A stretch of DNA of 20,000 bases from Deltaproteobacteria bacterium (GTDB lineage: Bacteria; JAGRBM01; JAHCIT01). The notes beneath the pieces were generated by a model. It was not told where the DNA came from, searched no databases, and saw only the letters and a program-made list of their open reading frames with translations. The stretch is from NCBI GenBank assembly GCA_026129095.1, contig JAHCIT010000003.1, positions 356,524 to 376,523 on the forward strand, read 5' to 3'. Positions 9,166 through 16,908 of the stretch are shown here, in pieces (positions within the stretch are counted from its first letter, which is position 1; each line of letters opens with the position of its first letter). The position numbers and the translations under genes are program-made.

Positions 9166-10313
9166 GGCAGCGTCTCCAGCCGGACCGTCCACGGGGACGG
9201 CTGTTCATCCAGCGACCGGGCGAGAGCCGCGGCGAACTCCGGCTTCCGGAGTGCCTCGTACCAGTCCGGACCACCCAGAACCGCCAGGTTCTGGACCAGC
9301 GATACCGTTCCGGCCCCGCCGGCCGCCTCGCTCCAGTTCTTGTCGATCTGCCTGATCCGGTAACCGGCAATGGCTCGTCCGCTGTCCGTATGGACATACA
9401 GCATCGGCCGCAGATGCACCGCCGGACCAGGAAGTTCGAGCCAATGCAGGATCGCACCGGCCGGATTTGCCAGCAGGATCCAGTCGTAAGGAAGTTCTTC
9501 CTCCACCCGGACGGCCGGGCGGAGCGATCTGCCACCGGGCAGAAGCATTTCCGTACCTTGCGGCAGATCGAAACCGTTACGCAGCGTGACATCGGCTCCG
9601 AGCTGCATGATCAGTTGCGGAATCGCCAGTTCCACTTTCTGCAAGATGGTGTTTCCGCACACGAGCATATTCTGCGGATGTGGATCGACATAACGCACCA
9701 ACGCCCTCACCGATGCATCCGAGCGGCGCAGCGCACACTGCGAACCGGTCTCGAGCGATTTCACTTGCCACCGGAAATCACCCTCGTCGCGGTACACCTT
9801 GACAAGACCGAACAACCGGGCGTCAAACTGCAGTTTCAATGCGTCGATTATATTCAGGCTCACGCCGGTCATCCGGAGATTGCTGAAGAACCCGGAGCCG
9901 CCGGGGAAATCCAGTCCGAAGACAGGACCGTGCATCGCCCCGGCTTCGAGCCGGTAAGCGCTCTGGACGCTTTCGCCTTCGACGAGAAAGCCTTCCCGGC
10001 GGTCGCCGCCGGAACCGGCCACGACACGCCATCTGGCACCCGGGGGGATTTCGCTCCCGGCCGGGCCCAGGCCGCCTGCGCGAAAATGCAGATCGTACGC
10101 TGCCGGCTTGCGGCCGGGGACCTCGAACGTGTCCACATCGATATCGGTCCACCCGTCAGGGCTCCGGGTGCGTATCTTCCATGGACCGGGAGCGGCCATT
10201 TCTGCCGACACATGATCGAATATCCGGGTGCGGGTAAAATCGGCGGGATTCATGGATGGGCCTTCTCCGTTGGCTACGGCGGCGAGCAGGATCACGGCGG
10301 CTAGAGGGCCCAC
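9162..10313 (-). CDS. Hypothetical protein, possibly exported
   Basis: Long ORF sandwiched between and overlapping the PAP2 and PlsC genes. The likely start is GTG 10313 (MGPLAAVILLAAVA..., signal-like), alternatively ATG 10253. The track's 10562 start overlaps the PAP2 gene. No family recognised. Confidence 0.65.
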   Translation of the reverse strand: MGPLAAVILLAAVANGEGPSMNPADFTRTRIFDHVSAEMAAPGPWKIRTRSPDGWTDIDVDTFEVPGRKPAAYDLHFRAGGLGPAGSEIPPGARWRVVAGSGGDRREGFLVEGESVQSAYRLEAGAMHGPVFGLDFPGGSGFFSNLRMTGVSLNIIDALKLQFDARLFGLVKVYRDEGDFRWQVKSLETGSQCALRRSDASVRALVRYVDPHPQNMLVCGNTILQKVELAIPQLIMQLGADVTLRNGFDLPQGTEMLLPGGRSLRPAVRVEEELPYDWILLANPAGAILHWLELPGPAVHLRPMLYVHTDSGRAIAGYRIRQIDKNWSEAAGGAGTVSLVQNLAVLGGPDWYEALRKPEFAAALARSLDEQPSPWTVRLETLP

Positions 10314-10927
10314 ACGACACCCCGGCGGCGGAACTCCGGCTCGACGACCCGGAAGTGAATGGTCAGGGCGAGTCCCGCACCGGCCAGCCCGTCGACCAGG
10401 AAATGCCGCTTGAGCAGCAGCGTGCTGGCGAACACTAGCGTCCAGATCAGCAACGCGGCGAGTGACACCCAGTGCGACACTTTCAGCAGCGAAAGGCAGG
10501 CCAGCGTCGCCATGGCGACATGCAGCGACGGGAAGGCGTTCCAGCCCCGGTCGTCCAGCCACGGAAGTCTCGGGAGCAGGAAACCGTCAATCGGACCCGT
10601 GGCGGGTGGCGGAATGCACCGCACGGGCACCAGATAAAACAGCGAGAAACAGATAGCCATCGCCAGAAGATAGGCGGCAGCCCCCCGGCGGACGAAGTGC
10701 ATCTCATGGAACGGAATTGCGGGACCGAGAATGATCACATATCCCAGCGTGTAGGGAATCGCCGCCCATCCCGCATAGGGAATAAACGATTCGACGCCAA
10801 TCGACAGATCGTAACCGTCCCGTTCGCCGAGTATCCGGGGAATGCCGAGATATCCAGTCACGAACACGACGCCAACAGATGCCGCCCAGAACAGGAACTC
10901 CGGACTGAACCGGGAACCGGCGGCCAT
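10301..10927 (-). CDS. PAP2-superfamily membrane phosphoesterase/phosphotransferase (Aur1/Ipt1-like, PAP2_3)
   Basis: Multi-TM protein with NAFPSLHVA (C2) and KRHFLVDGLAG (C3) motifs. Start chosen at ATG 10927 (AAAGGA 10 nt upstream). Alternative starts are 10954 and 11008. Confidence 0.85.
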   Translation of the reverse strand: MAAGSRFSPEFLFWAASVGVVFVTGYLGIPRILGERDGYDLSIGVESFIPYAGWAAIPYTLGYVIILGPAIPFHEMHFVRRGAAAYLLAMAICFSLFYLVPVRCIPPPATGPIDGFLLPRLPWLDDRGWNAFPSLHVAMATLACLSLLKVSHWVSLAALLIWTLVFASTLLLKRHFLVDGLAGAGLALTIHFRVVEPEFRRRGVVWAL

Positions 10928-10989
10928 CGCTGATATGTCCTTTCCAGCGGGCATGAGTCCAGCGTAACCGAAATCGGAGGAAAACAATC

Positions 10990-11241
10990 GTGGAAAGCGC
11001 CAGTCCAAAGGCCCTGGGCCGGATTTCCTGTGAACTGCGTCCTAACCTGTTTGTGAGGAACGGAGCCGTCGGATATTCCCTGGTGTTCCCGTTCGACATG
11101 ATTGCCGAAGGCAACAAAGACGGTGATTGGCGGGCAGCGGGTGACGACCTTGGAACCTTCTGCCTTGACCATGCCGCCGAACTCAACGAAACCGATGCGC
11201 TTATCAGGGAGTTTCTGGTGACCGCTGACAACGCAGCCTGA
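10990..11241 (+). CDS. Small hypothetical protein (83 aa)
   Basis: GTG start preceded by GGAGG (10976-10980) at 9-nt spacing. Protein-like composition. Divergent from the PAP2 gene. No homolog recognised. Confidence 0.45.
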   Translation: MESASPKALGRISCELRPNLFVRNGAVGYSLVFPFDMIAEGNKDGDWRAAGDDLGTFCLDHAAELNETDALIREFLVTADNAA

Positions 11242-11377
11242 TTCGTCATTTCCACCGGTTAGCTCAAACGCAACCTCGCAACCCTTTTCACAACAGTGTC
11301 CCTGAAAAGGATACCGTTGTGTCCGAGGGCTTTCTGCACCGTTAGAACTACCGGGTCCTGCCAGTGGAAGAGTCAAA

Positions 11378-11446
11378 AAGCCCCCACCAACCCCTAACTA
11401 TTCTTCTTTTTCCAAAGAGAAATGAATAGTTACATGGTGGGGGCTT
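11378..11446. repeat. Long imperfect inverted repeat (cruciform/hairpin)
   Basis: AAGCCCCCACCA (11378-11389) pairs with TGGTGGGGGCTT (11435-11446). TAACTATTC (11395-11403) pairs with GAATAGTTA (11424-11432). An inner pyrimidine/purine stem lies between them. Confidence 0.85.
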
Positions 11447-12039
11447 GGGTGAGTGCCGGGTGATCGCTCCGTGAGGGTCAGGTTGGAGCGCAAAGGGCGT
11501 TTTTCATGGACCACCTTGGACGCTTGAATCTGTTCGTCGGCAAAAGGCTCTGGATATCAACGGGTTGGCAGTGAAGCAAGGCGCGGCGAAAATCCCGGTT
11601 GGTGGGTAGTGTGGCCTGAAAATTACCCCTGCTTTGGAGCCGATAAACTGCGGCACGACGATGGTCTGGTTTGGATTTCGGCCAAGGTCCAGTACTCAGT
11701 AGCCTTTGGTTTCGTAACTGGACGTGGCAAAAGTCGTCGCTGGCAACGGGGAATGTCGGCTGCGGTTCGGCTCTGGCGGCGACATCAATCGGCACGGGTC
11801 AGTTTCCGGGAAAATCACGGGGCGTAATATCTCATGTGGGACTTCCCCAGCCCGAATAAAAGCGGATACCGGCCACCGAGTGACATATTCTGTCACGACC
11901 GTGGCTTACCATGGCCTTTTGGGTATTTTCGTAGCCAAAAAGTCGTTGCGGAAACCAGTTGATACTCGCCCAAGTTCACTAAAGAATTGGTGCCAAACCA
12001 GAGCGCAGCTATTTAATGCAAAGGGGGAGCGCAGGGTCC

Positions 12040-15000
12040 GTGAAACAGGCTGTTATTGAAAATCCTATCCTGAACTCCCCGTTCAAGGAGCCCGACCGGC
12101 ATTTCCGTTTTACCGACGAAGGTATCACGAACGAGATCGTCGACGGCCGCCGGAACAGTACCTATTTTGTTCCGATCCCCCAGCCCAAGAGGGGCAAGAA
12201 ACAGCTCTCGCTCGATACCCAGTGGACTGCCGACCGGATAGAGGAGAACAAGCTCGTCAACCGGATTCGCCCGCAGATCTACAAATGGCGCCAGGGCGGA
12301 TACATCGGCGTAACCCGGACCACGGCCCGGCTGCTCGAATACTGGAACGATCCCGAGCGCTCCAAGCGGCTCTTCTTCTGCCAGATCGAAGCGCTTGAAA
12401 CCGCCATCTACATCACCGAAGTCGCCAGCAAGTACGATCCCTGGATCGAGAACGAGCTTCGGCACGCAAGCGAAGAGGCTAACCCGCTCCTCTTCCGGAT
12501 CGCGTTCAAGATGGCGACTGGCAGCGGCAAAACGGTCGTCATGGCGATGCTCATTGCCTGGCAGGCGTTGAACAAGATCACCAATTCCCAGGATGCACGG
12601 TTCTCCGACGCCTTCCTGCTTGTCGCGCCGGGTATCACGATCCGGGATCGGCTTCGGGTGCTGCTGCCCAGTGAACCGGACAACTACTACCGTGAACGGG
12701 ATATCTGCCAGCCGGAAGACCGGGCTCAGCTCCAGAAAGCCAAAATCGTCATTACCAACTATCACACCTTTAAACGGCGCGAGATCGGCGATGTCTCGAA
12801 ACTGGGCAAGGCAATCCTCAAGTCAGAAGCGTTTACTGAGACGCCTGCCCAGATGGTTCGCCGCGTTTGCAGGGAGCTGGGGAACAAGAAGAATCTCATC
12901 GTCATCAATGACGAGGCACACCACTGTTACCGGGAGAATGTCGCGGTCGCCGAAGAGGCCCTGTCTGGCGAAGACCGCAGGGATGCCGAAGAACGGGCCG
13001 AAGCGGCCCGTATCTGGATCAGCGGCCTGGAGGCGGTGAAACAGAAGTTGGGCGTTCGGGCTGTCTACGACCTGTCGGCGACCCCGTTTTTCCTGCGCGG
13101 ATCCGGTTATCCGGAAGGCACGCTGTTCCCGTGGGTAGTGTCTGATTTTTCGCTCATCGACGCCATCGAGAGCGGGATTGTGAAGATCCCTCGTGTGCCG
13201 GTCGCCGACGATTCCATGGTCGGCGAACAGCCCACCTATCGCGACCTCTGGCTCCACATCCGGGAAAACCAGCTGCTCCCGAAGAAAGGCCGTGCCGAAA
13301 CCGAACGGAAAGGCGCGCCCGAGCTGCCCATGGGACTGGAGGGTGCGATCCGGAGCCTCTACGACCACTATAAGAAGTATTACGAGACGTGGGAGCAGGA
13401 TAAACAGGCGCAGCTTGCGGGGCGCACGCCGCCTGTATTTATCGTCGTCTGTGCGAATACGGCCATTTCAAAACTGGTCTACGACTACATCTCTGGCTGG
13501 GACACCGGAAAAACGACTCCCGCTGGCTCGCCGATCTGGGCAGACGGCGCACTACCGCTATTCAGTAATACGAAAGACGGCCAGCCGGGCGGTCATCAGA
13601 ACACGATTCTCGTGGACAGCAGCCAGCTCGAATCGGGCGAACCGCTGAAGGACGATTTCAAGAAGCTAGCGGCCCGTGAGATCGAGGATTTCAAGCACGA
13701 GTACGCGAGACGGCATCACCAGAACGCCGAAGATGTGACCGACGGCGACATCCTCCGCGAGGTGATGAACACGGTCGGCAAGCCTGGCAAACTGGGCGAG
13801 AAAGTCCGGTGCGTGGTGTCGGTATCCATGCTCACGGAAGGCTGGGACACCAACACCGTCACCCATATCCTGGGCGTGCGGGCGTTCAGCACACAGCTTC
13901 TGTGCGAGCAGGTGGTGGGCCGCGGACTCCGCCGGATGAGCTATGCGGAGAACACCGAAGGCAAGTTCGAGCCTGAATACGCCGAAGTCTACGGCGTCCC
14001 GTTCTCGTTCATCCCGACGGTGGCGAAACCGGCACTCTCCCTGATGCTGAAGCGCACGCGGGTTCACGCCATCGAGGACCGGCGTGAGCAATGCGAGATC
14101 ACGTTCCCCCGTCTTGAAGGCTACCGGTACGACCTGCCCGGAGAAAAACTCACGGCCCGATTCGACGAAAAGGCCCGAATGTCCGTCTCGACGCAGGATG
14201 TGCCGTCGTTCACGGAAGTACAGCCCATCGTCGGCGAGGGAAGCGTTCACACGCAGGAAGATCTGAAGTCCCGCCGCGAACAGGAGGTCGCCTTCCTGCT
14301 GGCCAAGCTGGTGCTTGAGAAATATTTCCGGCAGGACGGCGAGATCCAGAAGGACCGCCCGGCCGAGCACCGGTTCGACTCGTCCGTCCAGGCGTGGCTC
14401 TTCCCGCAGGTGCTCCGGATCGCGCGGCAGTGGATGGAGCAGTGTCTCCAGCTCAAGGACGACACCTTTCCGCAACTGCTCCTGCTGATCCAGCTTGCGC
14501 ACGAAGCCTCGGACAAGATCTACGGGGCAATCGTCCGGTCGGCTGACGGAGAAAAGCGGATCGTTCCGCGCCTGAAGCCTTTCGACACGGTGGGCAGCAC
14601 GGCAATCGTCGATTTCGATACGTCCAAAGAGGTCTGGACGACCGATCCCGCCAAGTGCCACGTCTCGCATGTGTCGGCCGACAGCGGCTGGGAGCAGAAG
14701 ATGGCCCAGTCACTGGAGACGATGGACGAGGTGGTCTCCTACGTGAAGAACCAGGGGCTCAACTTCACGATACCCTACCTGATAAACGGTCAGGAGAAGA
14801 ACTACGTTCCGGACTTCATCGTCCGTATCCGTGACGAGGCCGGCATAGAGCCGCTCAACCTGATTGTCGAGGTCACCGGCCAGAACAAGAAGGACAAGGA
14901 GCAGAAGGTCGCCACCGCCCGCGACCTCTGGATACCCGCGGTCAACAATCACGACGGGTTTGGGCGTTGGGGGTTCATTGAAATCAGGGATCCTTGGAAT

Positions 15001-15060
15001 GCGAAGACCGAAATCAGAGAATTCCTGCAACGGTACCAAGGCGCTGGAGTCGCCGCGTAA
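12040..15060 (+). CDS. Type III restriction-modification Res-like subunit (SF2 DEAH helicase/ATPase with C-terminal PD-(D/E)xK-like nuclease; resembles the BPTD_3080-type family)
   Basis: Walker A FKMATGSGKT, Walker B INDEAHH, motif III LSATP, SVSMLTEGWD, EQVVGRGLRR, and C-terminal YVPDFIV...VEVTG. Start revised to GTG 12040 (MKQAVIENPILNSPF; GGGGAG RBS upstream). The track start is 12016. Confidence 0.92.
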   Translation: MKQAVIENPILNSPFKEPDRHFRFTDEGITNEIVDGRRNSTYFVPIPQPKRGKKQLSLDTQWTADRIEENKLVNRIRPQIYKWRQGGYIGVTRTTARLLEYWNDPERSKRLFFCQIEALETAIYITEVASKYDPWIENELRHASEEANPLLFRIAFKMATGSGKTVVMAMLIAWQALNKITNSQDARFSDAFLLVAPGITIRDRLRVLLPSEPDNYYRERDICQPEDRAQLQKAKIVITNYHTFKRREIGDVSKLGKAILKSEAFTETPAQMVRRVCRELGNKKNLIVINDEAHHCYRENVAVAEEALSGEDRRDAEERAEAARIWISGLEAVKQKLGVRAVYDLSATPFFLRGSGYPEGTLFPWVVSDFSLIDAIESGIVKIPRVPVADDSMVGEQPTYRDLWLHIRENQLLPKKGRAETERKGAPELPMGLEGAIRSLYDHYKKYYETWEQDKQAQLAGRTPPVFIVVCANTAISKLVYDYISGWDTGKTTPAGSPIWADGALPLFSNTKDGQPGGHQNTILVDSSQLESGEPLKDDFKKLAAREIEDFKHEYARRHHQNAEDVTDGDILREVMNTVGKPGKLGEKVRCVVSVSMLTEGWDTNTVTHILGVRAFSTQLLCEQVVGRGLRRMSYAENTEGKFEPEYAEVYGVPFSFIPTVAKPALSLMLKRTRVHAIEDRREQCEITFPRLEGYRYDLPGEKLTARFDEKARMSVSTQDVPSFTEVQPIVGEGSVHTQEDLKSRREQEVAFLLAKLVLEKYFRQDGEIQKDRPAEHRFDSSVQAWLFPQVLRIARQWMEQCLQLKDDTFPQLLLLIQLAHEASDKIYGAIVRSADGEKRIVPRLKPFDTVGSTAIVDFDTSKEVWTTDPAKCHVSHVSADSGWEQKMAQSLETMDEVVSYVKNQGLNFTIPYLINGQEKNYVPDFIVRIRDEAGIEPLNLIVEVTGQNKKDKEQKVATARDLWIPAVNNHDGFGRWGFIEIRDPWNAKTEIREFLQRYQGAGVAA

Positions 15061-15069
15061 GAGATTACG

Positions 15070-16872
15070 ATGAGCACCAAAGAAACCACTATCCAAGTAT
15101 CGCCGAGGATATTTGACCATCTCGGCCTCGCAGCATACGAGAGTCTCAAAAAATGCTTGGCTGAATTGGCAGCCAATTCATATGACGCCGACGCCACCGA
15201 AGTGCGAATACACGTTCCAGTACAGTTGGAGGGAGGTTCGGTCATTAAGGTCACTGATAATGGCGAAGGAATGACCGCCGATCAGATCGAAAAGTCCTAT
15301 CTTTTTATCGGGCGGGATCGGCGCACGTTGGGGCAACGAACATCAGGCACCAAATCAGGTAGGCCTAGATTAGTTATTGGGAGTAAGGGGATCGGTAAGC
15401 TCGCGGGCTTTGGTGTGTCATCTCAACTCCGATTGATATCAGTTCGCACAGGCATGAAGTCCACAGTCACTCTCGATCGGCATCATTTCGACGATCTTAA
15501 AACCCTTGCAGATCAGAAAGTCGTAATCGAGACAGCGCCTACGGATGCAGCGGATGGCACATCTGTCGAACTTCATAATCCCAATTCTCAACTCTCCGTC
15601 CCCGATGAAGCTACTATTCGCCGACACCTATTTCGTGTTTTGCCGAATACCCCGGATTTTCGTGTCTACGTGAACGAAAAGGAATGTACAGCTGACGCTC
15701 TTGAAGGGACGCGAACACCATTTGACCAAGAAATTCCGAGCGTCGGGAGAGTACATGGTTTCTATGTAATCGCAGGGAACCGACTACCGAATTTTGGTAT
15801 GGCCGTCCGGGTGCGGGGTCGTTTGGTTAAGGAGCCAAATCTTTTCGGCATTGACACGACGAAACATTGGTTCTTTTCCACGAACCGGATTTACGGTGAA
15901 ATCAACGCTGATTTTCTTGATCCCGAGGATGGAGAAAATCGCGCACATGATGTCATCAATACTAGTCGAGATGGGTTCTTGGAGGATTCTCCGGTCGTCC
16001 AGAAGTTTGAGGAGTGGGTTCGGGAGTTTTTAATAAGAATATTCAGAGCGATCGAAGACGCCGAAGAAAAAAAGCGTGAATCAGTTGTTTTAAAAAATCC
16101 TGAATATGAAGCGAGACTGAACAAACTTCCGGCCCATGTTAAATCAACCGCAGAGCGTGTTGCTCGAACAGTATTTTCTAAACTCAAAAGCGTTGACCAA
16201 GACCAAGCCTCAGAGCTGATCGATTGGATATTGAAATATTACGAGTCGAACGTCTTGCGTGAGTTGATAAGTGCTATCGTGAAGGCCGACACGAAAGATG
16301 TCGCAATATTGTCGGAGATGATAAGAGAGTGGGGCTTACAGCAGGTCAATGGGGTTGTTGAGCATGTCAAGGATCAGATCAGCATCATAAAGCGGCTTGA
16401 AGATTTGATCTCCGACGACACGGCGGAAGAAATAGATTTGCATAAACTCGTTGAGAATAACCTTTGGCTAGTTCGGCAGGGTTTGGAGCTTTGGAGTTCT
16501 GACAAACCACTAAAAACTGTTTTGGATAAAAAAGTTGACGAAAATTATAAGGACTACGCAGATATTCGCCCGGATATCGTATGTCGTTCAAGAGATGAAG
16601 GGCGACAAGCCGTTGTTCTTGAATTCAAACGCCCCAAGGAAAAGATCAGACCAGAACATATTACCCAAGCCATGACGTACGAAGGGATTATTGCGGCCCA
16701 CAGACCTGGCATAATCTTTGAGACCTACGTGATTGGTCGGCAATACGATCCCGCTGTTCTTGCCGTGAAGGAAAAACAAGCGAAGGCTGGGAACCATCTA
16801 GTTTCCTATGAACACCTGCTTCAGGGAGCTCGGAACCGCTTTGAAACAATCTTAGAATTACTCGGCCAGTAG
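15070..16872 (+). CDS. GHKL (MORC/MutL/Hsp90-like) ATPase fused to a C-terminal PD-(D/E)xK nuclease
   Basis: GHKL motifs AELAANSYDADA, DNGEGM, GSKGIGKLAGF and GTSV, then a predicted helical/coiled-coil middle. C-terminal EIDLHKLVENNLWL...RPDIVC...VLEFKRP...QAMTY. Confidence 0.85.
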   Translation: MSTKETTIQVSPRIFDHLGLAAYESLKKCLAELAANSYDADATEVRIHVPVQLEGGSVIKVTDNGEGMTADQIEKSYLFIGRDRRTLGQRTSGTKSGRPRLVIGSKGIGKLAGFGVSSQLRLISVRTGMKSTVTLDRHHFDDLKTLADQKVVIETAPTDAADGTSVELHNPNSQLSVPDEATIRRHLFRVLPNTPDFRVYVNEKECTADALEGTRTPFDQEIPSVGRVHGFYVIAGNRLPNFGMAVRVRGRLVKEPNLFGIDTTKHWFFSTNRIYGEINADFLDPEDGENRAHDVINTSRDGFLEDSPVVQKFEEWVREFLIRIFRAIEDAEEKKRESVVLKNPEYEARLNKLPAHVKSTAERVARTVFSKLKSVDQDQASELIDWILKYYESNVLRELISAIVKADTKDVAILSEMIREWGLQQVNGVVEHVKDQISIIKRLEDLISDDTAEEIDLHKLVENNLWLVRQGLELWSSDKPLKTVLDKKVDENYKDYADIRPDIVCRSRDEGRQAVVLEFKRPKEKIRPEHITQAMTYEGIIAAHRPGIIFETYVIGRQYDPAVLAVKEKQAKAGNHLVSYEHLLQGARNRFETILELLGQ

Positions 16873-16908
16873 TTTCCTACGCGCTCAAATTTAAGGATCA
16901 CACAGTTA

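Noticed and set aside
9141-10304. 387-aa plus-strand ORF
   Set aside because: It is the antisense shadow of the coupled minus-strand operon, with no recognisable motifs and the Arg/His/Gln-rich composition typical of GC-rich antisense frames.
10314-10562. N-terminal extension of the 466-aa ORF given in the track
   Set aside because: It overlaps the catalytic half of the PAP2 gene in another frame. A start at 10313 or 10253 is more plausible.
11390-11435. Integron attC site (TAAC...GTTA core)
   Set aside because: The flanks do not fit RYYYAAC/GTTRRRY (CCCTAAC, GTTACAT). The R/L box spacer and extrahelical bases are not evident, and there is no cassette array or integrase.
11340-11520. tRNA or tmRNA gene suggested by CCCCCACCA / TGGTGGGGG ends
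   Set aside because: There is no T-loop GTTCRA at the expected distance on either strand and no cloverleaf could be built. Only the CCA-like end is present.
11478-12059. Short ORFs in the intergenic region (11478-11795, 11609-11827, 11724-12059 and others)
   Set aside because: They overlap each other, lack a clear RBS and show no recognisable domain such as a C-protein HTH or integrase fragment.
13666-14670. 334-aa minus-strand ORF (likewise 12013-12765 and 18397-19530)
   Set aside because: These are antisense to the clearly genuine res and mod genes. Long shadow ORFs are expected with high GC3 codon bias.
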